This document shows positions 45,977-55,067 of a stretch of DNA of 64,000 nt, piece by piece. Source of the DNA: a virus. The notes under the pieces are model-generated. The model was not told the DNA's origin. It did no database searches and saw only the letters and a program-made list of their open reading frames with translations. The stretch spans positions 32,001 to 96,000 of the IMG/VR virus record IMGVR_UViG_3300042564_002580; one strand, given 5' to 3'. The position numbers were made by a program, and so were the translations under genes. Numbering within the stretch: the first letter of the stretch is position 1; every line of letters begins with the position of its first letter.

Positions 45977-46833
45977 TAACTAAATTTGGTAAGAGATTCC
46001 TTGCAAATTTTGTAGCAGGAAATTCTTCATTTGCTTCAAAAGAAATGGCTATCGGAATTGCAACAGGAACTGAGTATGCTTTGTCAGATAGCAACTCAAG
46101 ATTAGGGTTTGAGTTTTATCGTGTTCCAATTAGGGTGGGCGGAATAGATATAGACTCCTCCGTATCACCAGTAAAGTATACAGTTATATATTCAGCTACA
46201 CTTCCTACAAACATTGCAGGAAAAATAAATGAAATTGGAATCTACTCTGGTCAATCTTATTCAAGGAATTTATATGAAAGCAAATTCATATCTAATTTTG
46301 AATTGCCATATCAATGGAGTCCAGAACCATCATTAGATCAAACAAATTATAGAGTTGGAGACAGCTCATTAATATTTACATCAAATGCGACGGCTCCAAG
46401 AGAGTACACACACGTACTTGATAGTATGGATATATCTGGATACAACCCATCAGATACATTATCATTTTCATACAAAGCAAATGATGCAAACCTATCCTCA
46501 TTAAAGGTAAGGCTATATAGCTCAGATAACGATTATTTGGAGTTTACATTTACTGGACACTCAGTTGGATATAATATAAAGAATTTAAACATGTCTACTG
46601 GGGTATCAACAGGAACATTTAATCCACAAAGTGTTGTTAAGTTAGGAATTATTGTTACTCCAACAACTGCTCAAACATCTGTATCTATGGATGGTCTTAG
46701 AATAAATGACGAGGACACCTTTGATCCAGAATACGGTTTAATAGCTAGGTCTTTACTAGACTCAACAATGATTAAAGTAATAGGACGAGAAGCAGCAATA
46801 GAATTTAAACTAGACCTATCGTTTGGCGAGTAA
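45973..46833 (+). CDS. Tail/baseplate structural protein
   Basis: MITKFGKRFL..AIG..LGFEFYR..INEIGIY N-terminal pattern of phage tail proteins. Confidence 0.6.
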   Translation: MITKFGKRFLANFVAGNSSFASKEMAIGIATGTEYALSDSNSRLGFEFYRVPIRVGGIDIDSSVSPVKYTVIYSATLPTNIAGKINEIGIYSGQSYSRNLYESKFISNFELPYQWSPEPSLDQTNYRVGDSSLIFTSNATAPREYTHVLDSMDISGYNPSDTLSFSYKANDANLSSLKVRLYSSDNDYLEFTFTGHSVGYNIKNLNMSTGVSTGTFNPQSVVKLGIIVTPTTAQTSVSMDGLRINDEDTFDPEYGLIARSLLDSTMIKVIGREAAIEFKLDLSFGE

Positions 46834-46834
46834 C

Positions 46835-49306
46835 ATGTCTGAACAGTATCCAGATCTAGGTATCACACAAAAACAAGATGGTGATTACTGGGATGTTGTA
46901 ATTCCAGACTTAGACTGTAATACTGATTACGCACTTCAGGTTGCTTGGGTATACAGCGATAAATCATTGGGCTCTAGCGAATTCTCAGATAGATTTAATT
47001 TCAGAACCCCAGGACCGTCTAGAGTTTGCCCAGCAAATGTATCTGCAACATGGGATGCTAAAGCTGGACTAAATGTTACATGGCAAAAAAATGATAACCG
47101 TGTAAAAAATTATGTAATTACTCTTGTGGCTGGTGGGTACAGAAGGTCGCACCTTATTTCAGCAACTGGATCCTCTTTAAACTACTCATGGATATTGACA
47201 AGAGAAAATAACATATTCCAATTCGGAGGAGTATTTAGAAAATCCTTTACATCTTTTTCTATCCAAAGCGTTTATGGAGATGGAAGCTCAGATGAATGTC
47301 CAGTAACCGTTGCAGAATATGTAGACCCAGTATGTTCTCATACAACACTAGCAGCCTCATGGAATGTTGTTAGCCAAAGCAACGGCATACTTGTTTCTTG
47401 GCAAGATAGTGCAACAGGATACGGAACGTATAGAGAAACTAGGGTATACGTTTCAGAAACACCTAGCCCTTATAATTGGGAGCTTCGATATACTGGAATT
47501 GGTCCAGCTTCAATAACACTAGATACCCTAGCAACAGTTTATGTTAAACTAAATCATCTTTCTTATTCAGACTGTGAGTCTTTGAACTCAGATATAAAAG
47601 AAGGAAAAGCATACGACCCAATAGTATTTGACGATTTACCACCAGAAAATAACTTTGATTTAGGATCTACTACCGTTGAAGAAGATTCAAATGGTCTATT
47701 TAATTTTGATAAAAAAATTCTTTTTACATGGACACAAAACACAGATACTTCAACTTCTGGATACAGAATAAGATACAAGACTGCTTCTGATACTAATTAT
47801 ACATATATGTCTGTTCCAGGAAGAGGAACTATATCTACATATCTGTATGGATTAAAAGCGGGACAAGCTTATCAGATAGCTGTAACAACATACGATGTTT
47901 ATGGAAATGATAACTCTCAGTATAAGCAGTATCCAGATATAGTTATCCCAGCAAACACATCATTAAAAACAGATGTAGCAATTTCTGCAGGAGATATGAA
48001 GCTTGGATATGGAATTGGTGGAAGCAACTCAAATAAAGGTTTATACATTGCCCCAGAAAATTATTGGTATGTAACTGGAAATACCAGCGTTTCATCTTCT
48101 GCAAGATTTAAAGTTGGAGGAACAAACGACTGGTTGCTTTGGAACGGAACTAATTTAGAAATAACTGGAAAAATAAATGCTAATGCTGGAGCATTTACTG
48201 GTTCTGTAGACATAGGAACATCATCTGTAGATGGACAACTTAGAGTAACAACATCATCTGGAAAATTTGAAATAGGAAAGCTAACAAATATTTCTGGAGA
48301 AAAGATTGGTATTGGAATCCAAGGAACAAACTCCTCTGGTAAGCTTTTCCAGCTAGACACTGAATCTGGAATTATTGCTAACAAAGGAACAATTGCTGGT
48401 TGGACAATTGACGATACATCAATTAACAAGGCTGGCAACGTAGGGTTCTTTGCCACAACAACTCCCTCAGATGTTGCAATTTGGGCTGGAGGATCTAGAA
48501 CAGTAAGTCCTAATTTTTCAGTTACATACGCAGGAAAAATGATAGCTAAAGATGCCGTTCTTAAAGGAATGGTACAGGCTGGAGAAGGCGGATTTGGAAT
48601 ACTTATAGCAGATGCAACTACAGCAACTGGTTATAGAGTTTCTAATGGGTGGACAATTGATTCTGCAAAAATAGTATCTACAAATGCAAGTTCTCAAGTA
48701 ACGCTTGATGGATTGCAAGGCTCAATAATAGGCGGAAATATTGTTGGATCAAATCATTATTTTATGAGCCCATCTGCATGGACGACAGCTTATCCTGGAG
48801 AGGGAAGCGGTAACCCAGGGAATGTTGATTACATATCATCATCTGGTAATTTCAGACTTGCTAATGGAAAGCTAACATATGATGGAGATGAATTTAAAGT
48901 TCAAACAGATTTAGTTGCGTCTAACGTATTTTTAGGAGCAACATCAAGTCTGGGAGATACAGCCAATTATTTACTAGGAAAGTCAACTACAATTGGTGGT
49001 GTAACAAAAGCTGCAGGAAGCTTTAGTTTAGGAAATGGTGCAATTAATTACACCTCTGGATCAAGTGTCTTAAATGTAGATGCAACTAGGATTGATTTTA
49101 ATATTAGAAGTAATAATGATGGAACACTTGGAGATGAAACAGTTGTTCAAGACGTAGATACTGGGGAGCTTACTTTAGGAAGAGCATTTTTTTACGGAGG
49201 AAATAACTACCCAGGAAGCACTACTGATAGAGTAACGCATGCGGATGGAGATCAGGGCAGCGGAGCCTTTAAAAAAGGCGACATATGGTTAAGCAGGAAA
49301 GCATAA
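46835..49306 (+). CDS. Tail fibre/spike protein with FN3 domains
   Basis: FTW..GYRIRYK..YGLKAGQAYQIAVTTYD FN3; GTIAGWTI beta-rich region; ATG 46835 preferred over TTG 46823. Confidence 0.75.
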   Translation: MSEQYPDLGITQKQDGDYWDVVIPDLDCNTDYALQVAWVYSDKSLGSSEFSDRFNFRTPGPSRVCPANVSATWDAKAGLNVTWQKNDNRVKNYVITLVAGGYRRSHLISATGSSLNYSWILTRENNIFQFGGVFRKSFTSFSIQSVYGDGSSDECPVTVAEYVDPVCSHTTLAASWNVVSQSNGILVSWQDSATGYGTYRETRVYVSETPSPYNWELRYTGIGPASITLDTLATVYVKLNHLSYSDCESLNSDIKEGKAYDPIVFDDLPPENNFDLGSTTVEEDSNGLFNFDKKILFTWTQNTDTSTSGYRIRYKTASDTNYTYMSVPGRGTISTYLYGLKAGQAYQIAVTTYDVYGNDNSQYKQYPDIVIPANTSLKTDVAISAGDMKLGYGIGGSNSNKGLYIAPENYWYVTGNTSVSSSARFKVGGTNDWLLWNGTNLEITGKINANAGAFTGSVDIGTSSVDGQLRVTTSSGKFEIGKLTNISGEKIGIGIQGTNSSGKLFQLDTESGIIANKGTIAGWTIDDTSINKAGNVGFFATTTPSDVAIWAGGSRTVSPNFSVTYAGKMIAKDAVLKGMVQAGEGGFGILIADATTATGYRVSNGWTIDSAKIVSTNASSQVTLDGLQGSIIGGNIVGSNHYFMSPSAWTTAYPGEGSGNPGNVDYISSSGNFRLANGKLTYDGDEFKVQTDLVASNVFLGATSSLGDTANYLLGKSTTIGGVTKAAGSFSLGNGAINYTSGSSVLNVDATRIDFNIRSNNDGTLGDETVVQDVDTGELTLGRAFFYGGNNYPGSTTDRVTHADGDQGSGAFKKGDIWLSRKA

Positions 49307-52300
49307 ATGAGCTGGTGGAGAAAAGCAAACCTAAACGATGCTGGTAATATTGATGGCTGGATAAAAATAAGAAGCATTTGGAGAAAAACTAATTTAGGTG
49401 ATGCAGGATCAACAGACGGTTGGTTAAGAATAAGAAGCGCTTGGAGATTTCAAGGATTAAATGCGTTAGGCGCTGGAATTTGGTATAAAATTTTTGGAGG
49501 GGAGTCTCCTTATCCAAAAGAAAACCCAAAGCTAATATTTGTTTCTCCAGATTCAAGCACTTCTGAAATACAATGCACTCAGCAAGATAAGATGTATGTT
49601 ACAAGAGGGAAATGGTACGAAGACCCATTATCATTTTTAATTAAAATACAAAGGTCTATAATCTCAAATTGGGATGCTCCAACAACATTAGTTAGCCAGG
49701 AGCTAGAGTACACAACATATCTAGATTCAGACTATTTAGATGAAGTTCCTAAGTTGCCTGCAGATAGACCAACAATAACATTAGACGACGTCAAAGCTAA
49801 AAGAGGATTTAGGGCACAGGTTCAAGCTGGGCAGGATGCCAATCCAACAGAATCAGACTACGCACTTGCAACTTCATGGTACCCAAGCCCAACAGGAATA
49901 TTCCCAAGACTAACATTTGGATTTACTACATATAGCACAGGAGATCAAATTGTTGAAGATGAAACAATCAGTATGCCTGAATTTAAAATATTTGGTTTTA
50001 AGTGGCAGTATCTTACTTCTTCTGCAGCATCATATCCAAACGGTCAGTACTTTCCATCATCTCGAACAGATGAGTTTATTGGGAAACAAATAATTGAGTT
50101 AACTGATTTTTATGGGGTTAGGATAGGTGCATTGCAAGAAGTTGATGTTTTGCCAATTCATCAATATTCTGGAAGTATAACATACACTCAAGCAATGATA
50201 GATTCTGGCGATGATTATATTATAAATGTTTATTCGGTTGCAAAAGATTATTACTATAATAGCGGACTGTCTTTAGATGGACATATATCTGATCCAAATG
50301 AAACATCAAGAATTGCATCTTATGTATTTACCCCTCCAAGGGAAATAGAAAACCCAGAAATAACAATATCAAATAGGACAAAAAGCTCTGTAGATATATC
50401 CTGGTATTCTCCAGATGCGGAAAGATATAAGGTTAATATAATTGATTCTATTACAGGTAACTCTTTGCCTGGCTATCCATTAACCTCAACAACAAATACT
50501 TCTGCCAGCCCTTTTGGATTAACGGAAAACAGACTGTATACCGTTTTGGTAACGGCACTTGCTGGAGAAGGAGACAAGTACAAAAGCGACGAGGTTTCTA
50601 AAAGCTTTAGAACATTGTCGTCTGGAATTGCAGCAGAATTAGGAATGCCTTACGACATAACATCAACAGGGTATAAGGTTGACATAACAAATTGGAGCAC
50701 TATCAGTTCATTTGATATAACAGTTTCTGCAACAAGTGGAAGTGCGACAAGGTCCTCCGAAGTTATATCTGTAAGCAATGTTACATCGGGAGCCAATTCA
50801 TGTCTAACAGCAACAACATCTAAAATTGATAATATAAACTTAACTTCAGTTTCCTATGAGTCAAAAGAGTCTGCTGCTAGATGTATTGTTATCGGAGGTA
50901 CCTGGTACTGCTTATCTCTTGTTACGGGTGGCCTTTGTTCTAAATCAACCGAGACATACGACAAAACAATAAATGGATCATACTATGCAATTGTATGCTC
51001 TCAAACAGATAACCTATGCTGCCCTTCAGTTGTTCTTGAGCCAAAAGTCTACGGTGAATGGGTCACAGGACTTTGCACAGTAGCTCCACAAGATCCACAA
51101 AGAACAAGAACAAGGACATGGACCCAAATTCAAAAAACAACTGCTCAAAATTGTGTTATTACAAATGTAGAGCTTTCTGGTGTAGATATAGAACAGATTG
51201 ATTGCTGTGTACCAACATCCACTCTTGGAGCAAAAACTTATGGGACACCAAATGCTTGGGGCACATGTAATTTAAATACTGGACAAATTGGAAGAACTGT
51301 TCCGTGGACAGCAACAAAAACTAATTTTACTAGAGACTGTACCACAACTACAACAGAAGAAAGCGGTCTTGAAGTTCAGTATAAAGATTGTTGTACTGCC
51401 AGCTCATCTTTGGGAACTAAAACTTATAGCGACTGGTCTCCATATGGATCATGTATTCAAGGAGAAAGAGCAAGCTATAGAACCTGGACTGCTATTCAAA
51501 CAAATAATACAATTAACTGTACCACAACATCTAACGAAGTTAATGGTACAGAATATAGATACACATCATGTTGTACAGCTGGTTGTACTTTAGGAACTAA
51601 AACTTACGGTGATTGGTCAGCTTACGGTTCATGTGTTCAGGGGGAGAGAAGACGACAAAGATCCTGGACTGCTATAAATACCTGTATAGATTCAAGCTGT
51701 AATATTATTTCTCAAAATGAATTAAATAGCGTAGAGTATGAGTACACATCATGCTGCGTACAATCATGTACTACTGGAGCAAAAACTTATGGTGCATGGA
51801 CAGCCTATGGATCCTGTATCCAAGGTGAACGTGCTAGATCGAGGAGTTGGACTGCTACACAATCATGCTTTACAACAAGTTGTACTAATACAACTGAAAC
51901 AATTAGCGGTACAGATTTTGAATACACTGGCTGCTGCACGGCAAGTAGTACAACTGGCACTAAAACTTATGGTGCATGGACAGCCTATGGATCCTGTATC
52001 CAAGGTGAACGTGCTAGATCGAGGAGTTGGACTGCAATACAGACTAATATTGATTCTAGCTGCAATACCACTACAACAGAAGTTAACGGTACAGATTTTG
52101 AATATACTTCATGCTGCACGGCAGGATGTACAACTGGTGATAGAAGTTATAGCCCATGGGGGTCATGGGGTTCCTGTAGCCAAGGAGAACAAGCTAGAAT
52201 TAGAACGTGGACTGCTATAGAGACATGTATTAATTCAAGCTGTAATGTTTTGTCTACCAGAGAAGTTAGTGGTTTTGAAATAGAATACAGAAACTGTAGC

Positions 52301-53005
52301 ACTATTAATACTATTAATACAATTAATACTATTAATACAATTAATACTATTAATACAATTAACACTATTAATACTATTAACACAATTAACACTATTAATA
52401 CAATTAATACTATTAACACTATTAATACAATTAACACTATTAACACTATTAATACAATTAATACTATTAACACTATTAATACAATTAATACAATTGATTC
52501 AGGCGGCGGCGGCGGATGTCACGTATTTGGTACACAAATACAAATGTTTGACGGAACATTTAAAAACATTGAAGATTTATATATTGGGGATGAAATCATG
52601 GCGGCTAATATACCAGGCTTAGATGATAATGAATTAGATATTAATAATCTATTATTATGGTCATCTGAAGACATTTCTGAAACAACAAAAACTTCTGCTA
52701 TGGTTACAAATATATTTACTAGATCATATGGACAATACTACCTTATTAATGATACAATTAAAATAACTTATGAGCATATAGTTCCTGCACGTAAATCTGG
52801 GGTATGGAAATTTATTCAAATTGAAGAATTAGAAATTGGAGACAATATTATGAGTGATACGTTAGACGTAGTCGAAGTAGCATCTAAAATATTAATAAAT
52901 GAAGATGTAGAGACTATATCAATAAACATTGAAACAAAAGACGTTTATTTTGTTGATGGCTTAATGGCACACAATATTAATCCAGATAAGATGCAGGAAA
53001 CATAA
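49307..53005 (+). CDS. Fibre-tip protein: FN3 + 7 Cys/Trp-rich TSR-like repeats + (TIN)x21 + Gly5 + Hint domain
   Basis: Domain motifs read directly; see findings. Confidence 0.8.
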   Translation: MSWWRKANLNDAGNIDGWIKIRSIWRKTNLGDAGSTDGWLRIRSAWRFQGLNALGAGIWYKIFGGESPYPKENPKLIFVSPDSSTSEIQCTQQDKMYVTRGKWYEDPLSFLIKIQRSIISNWDAPTTLVSQELEYTTYLDSDYLDEVPKLPADRPTITLDDVKAKRGFRAQVQAGQDANPTESDYALATSWYPSPTGIFPRLTFGFTTYSTGDQIVEDETISMPEFKIFGFKWQYLTSSAASYPNGQYFPSSRTDEFIGKQIIELTDFYGVRIGALQEVDVLPIHQYSGSITYTQAMIDSGDDYIINVYSVAKDYYYNSGLSLDGHISDPNETSRIASYVFTPPREIENPEITISNRTKSSVDISWYSPDAERYKVNIIDSITGNSLPGYPLTSTTNTSASPFGLTENRLYTVLVTALAGEGDKYKSDEVSKSFRTLSSGIAAELGMPYDITSTGYKVDITNWSTISSFDITVSATSGSATRSSEVISVSNVTSGANSCLTATTSKIDNINLTSVSYESKESAARCIVIGGTWYCLSLVTGGLCSKSTETYDKTINGSYYAIVCSQTDNLCCPSVVLEPKVYGEWVTGLCTVAPQDPQRTRTRTWTQIQKTTAQNCVITNVELSGVDIEQIDCCVPTSTLGAKTYGTPNAWGTCNLNTGQIGRTVPWTATKTNFTRDCTTTTTEESGLEVQYKDCCTASSSLGTKTYSDWSPYGSCIQGERASYRTWTAIQTNNTINCTTTSNEVNGTEYRYTSCCTAGCTLGTKTYGDWSAYGSCVQGERRRQRSWTAINTCIDSSCNIISQNELNSVEYEYTSCCVQSCTTGAKTYGAWTAYGSCIQGERARSRSWTATQSCFTTSCTNTTETISGTDFEYTGCCTASSTTGTKTYGAWTAYGSCIQGERARSRSWTAIQTNIDSSCNTTTTEVNGTDFEYTSCCTAGCTTGDRSYSPWGSWGSCSQGEQARIRTWTAIETCINSSCNVLSTREVSGFEIEYRNCSTINTINTINTINTINTINTINTINTINTINTINTINTINTINTINTINTINTINTINTINTINTIDSGGGGGCHVFGTQIQMFDGTFKNIEDLYIGDEIMAANIPGLDDNELDINNLLLWSSEDISETTKTSAMVTNIFTRSYGQYYLINDTIKITYEHIVPARKSGVWKFIQIEELEIGDNIMSDTLDVVEVASKILINEDVETISINIETKDVYFVDGLMAHNINPDKMQET
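51017..52300 (+). repeat. Seven Cys-rich coding repeats of about 60 aa; 74-bp exact duplication at 51782-51855 and 51962-52035
   Basis: CC.....G.KTYG.W..YGSC.QGER.R.R.WTA...C consensus. Confidence 0.9.
52301..52498 (+). repeat. 9-bp tandem array ac(t/a)attaa(t/c): 21 Thr-Ile-Asn units plus one Thr-Ile-Asp
   Basis: Counted from the DNA; variation among the TIN units only at synonymous positions. Confidence 0.95.
52517..52975 (+). other. Hint (intein-like) autoprocessing domain, 153 aa, no homing endonuclease
   Basis: Block A CHVFGTQI.M.DG..K.IEDL.IGDEI; block B ITYEH; EELEIGD; terminal YFVDGLMAHN. Confidence 0.88.
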
Positions 53006-53583
53006 TGGTGCAAGATTTAGGTAATAATATATTCATGTACAAGAATGTTATAGGCTCAGACTTAGATATATTAAAAGAAGTTAATTCTATATTTGTCACT
53101 TACAATAGAGGATTTGCAGAGTCTACAATGAATGATGGCGATTACGATAAAGCTCTTAGGTCCTGCACCGTCTTTTCATTGTATACAAATAAACAAGAAG
53201 ACGTTGACTACAATAATTTAAAGAAGATATTAAATAAAAAAATAGATATTGCTCTTTCAGGATGCATACTGGATTTTGTTAAAAAATCTGGAATAAAGAT
53301 TAAAGAAAGAGAACCCTGGGAAATATTGAAATATGAAAAAGGCCAGATGGTTACTTGGCATTGTGATGATGGGGAAGTTCACCCATCAAAAATATCATTC
53401 GTTTACTACATAAATGATGATTACGAAGGCGGAGAGATACAGTTTAAGAATAAGGTGTACACTATGCCAATAAAGCCATCTAGAGATAGCCTTATTGTTT
53501 TTCCTTCAGGCATGGACTATATACATAGAGTTACTCCAGTAACAGAGGGAACAAAATATTCAGTAATATCTTTTGGGAAATAG
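53005..53583 (+). CDS. 2OG-Fe(II) oxygenase, P4H-like
   Basis: LKYEKGQ..WHCD, YINDDYEGGEI, FPS..YIHRVTPVTEGTKYS; TAATG-coupled to the fibre gene. Confidence 0.9.
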   Translation: MVQDLGNNIFMYKNVIGSDLDILKEVNSIFVTYNRGFAESTMNDGDYDKALRSCTVFSLYTNKQEDVDYNNLKKILNKKIDIALSGCILDFVKKSGIKIKEREPWEILKYEKGQMVTWHCDDGEVHPSKISFVYYINDDYEGGEIQFKNKVYTMPIKPSRDSLIVFPSGMDYIHRVTPVTEGTKYSVISFGK

Positions 53584-53594
53584 GTAAAATAAGG

Positions 53595-53623
53595 TAGACA
53601 AAATTTTAACTAAATGCTAGAAT
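53595..53623 (+). promoter_or_regulatory. Promoter TAGACA-17-(TGc)TAGAAT
   Basis: Consensus match. Confidence 0.55.
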
Positions 53624-53645
53624 ATTATAATGTTACGGAGATATT

Positions 53646-53879
53646 GTGAATAAATCAGATATGCAAGGAAGCACATATATGGTGCTTGTTGATGGTGAGT
53701 ACGCTGGGTGGTTTAACATTGCTGGCCCTGGAACCGATCTATTAAGAGCTGGTCTTTCAAGCACACCAATTTTAGTAGATATGGAAGACATTGAAATTGA
53801 TATTCCAGATTTACCAAAAGCTGGTGCTAATTATTTTTGGAACGGTAAGTCTTTTGAATTGAGAGAAATAAATGGCTAG
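53646..53879 (+). CDS. Small protein ending in WNGKSF; resembles one repeat of 17233
   Basis: Y.VLVDGE...GANYFWNGKSF. Confidence 0.6.
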   Translation: MNKSDMQGSTYMVLVDGEYAGWFNIAGPGTDLLRAGLSSTPILVDMEDIEIDIPDLPKAGANYFWNGKSFELREING

Positions 53880-54108
53880 CAAGTGGGAGCAGGTTAAAAA
53901 GCTTGTGAACTCTAATGAAGTCAAGCCATGGGACTTTTTGAACCCAAATACTGAATATGCATCTGAAGAAGATTCGTCTTATAGATATTCATTGTGCCAA
54001 GCCTGTCCTAAATTTAATAATGGTGTAAAGACTTGCCAAGAGTGCGGATGCTTTATGCCAGCAAAAACAAAGCTACAGGGCGCCACCTGCCCTATAGGTA
54101 AATGGTAA
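53872..54108 (+). CDS. Small Cys-rich protein (CxxC..CxxCGC..K...CP..KW; DUF6171-like)
   Basis: Six Cys in a recognisable pattern. Confidence 0.7.
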   Translation: MASKWEQVKKLVNSNEVKPWDFLNPNTEYASEEDSSYRYSLCQACPKFNNGVKTCQECGCFMPAKTKLQGATCPIGKW

Positions 54109-54134
54109 TGGTATAATATAAATAGGAGGTAATC

Positions 54135-54356
54135 ATGTCAGAATACACACTATCAAATGAAGAAAAAAGCTCCATCCTTGAGTCACACCTAAGAACACTT
54201 GGATACTCTAAGTATAACCTTGAGGTAAATCTAATGGAAGAAGAGTCAGCGACTACTCCAGCTGCAGATGCAATTGCAGCGGTAAACGCACAGATAGCTT
54301 CAGTAAACAAAAAAATAGCAGCACTTGTCGAAGAGCTAGCTTCCTTATCAGAATAA
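54135..54356 (+). CDS. Small coiled-coil protein
   Basis: ORF track; SD AGGAGG. Confidence 0.8.
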   Translation: MSEYTLSNEEKSSILESHLRTLGYSKYNLEVNLMEEESATTPAADAIAAVNAQIASVNKKIAALVEELASLSE

Positions 54357-54367
54357 ATTAGGTAAAA

Positions 54368-54556
54368 ATGTCTTCAAAAGAAGAATTAATTATTACGGCC
54401 ATGCAGCAAAGAATTGCTGAGCTGGTTGCTGATTACGAATTAAAGATTTCAATACTTAGAGCAGACCTAACAATAATGTCAGATGCCCAAAGAGAAAAAG
54501 AAAAAGCATTAGAAGAATACTCTAAGGGTATAGAAAATAAAATCTCGGAGGAATAA
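54368..54556 (+). CDS. Small coiled-coil protein
   Basis: ORF track; coupled to the next gene. Confidence 0.75.
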   Translation: MSSKEELIITAMQQRIAELVADYELKISILRADLTIMSDAQREKEKALEEYSKGIENKISEE

Positions 54557-54978
54557 TGACTGTAACGTTTCAAGATGGAGAGCCAGTAGACCCAAAAAAA
54601 TTACAGGACCTACAAACTCAAATAGATAACATTAAGCTTAAGTCCGATGAGTCTTATAACCTAAGTACAAGCACTGCAAACAGCGTCACCAGCCTAGCCG
54701 TAATGCATTTAAAAGCTGGTGTTGTTACTTTTGAAAATGGATTAACAGGTGGCAAGGTAAACACCATAGAGATAGAGTTGGGCTGGGGAGCAGATTATGA
54801 AGTTGCATACGTTGTAGCAACTCCAAGACTTCAAGATCCTAAGACTAATAACATAAGATGGTCACTTTCTGGAAACTCAGCAAACACAAAGCTAAATGTT
54901 TTTGCTGAAAAAACTATATCTGGTGCAATTAATTTTCACTGGATGAGTGCAGGTAAAAAGATTATAACAGCACCGTAA
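54556..54978 (+). CDS. Hypothetical, probably virion-associated protein
   Basis: FQDGEPVD..KL..L N-terminus, beta-rich C-terminus; SD GGAGG. Confidence 0.65.
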   Translation: MTVTFQDGEPVDPKKLQDLQTQIDNIKLKSDESYNLSTSTANSVTSLAVMHLKAGVVTFENGLTGGKVNTIEIELGWGADYEVAYVVATPRLQDPKTNNIRWSLSGNSANTKLNVFAEKTISGAINFHWMSAGKKIITAP

Positions 54979-54986
54979 AGTGCCTA

Positions 54987-55046
54987 TTGACACATTGATT
55001 TAATATGTTACAATTACTATAACGTTAAGCCACGATATCGTGGCTT
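54987..55046 (+). promoter_or_regulatory. Promoter TTGACA-16-(TGt)TACAAT followed by perfect 20-bp palindrome AAGCCACGATATCGTGGCTT (55027-55046)
   Basis: Direct reading; start of the replication block. Confidence 0.65.
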
Positions 55047-55067
55047 TTATATATATTAAGGGTTTTA

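Noticed and set aside
52147-52473. Antisense (LIV)n ORF
   Set aside because: Reverse complement of the TIN array inside a long sense gene
52301-52498. N-glycosylation sequon array
   Set aside because: N-T-I does not match N-X-S/T
52517-52975. Mobile splicing intein
   Set aside because: The +1 residue is Ile, there is no endonuclease and the C-extein is 9 aa; treated as an autoprocessing domain
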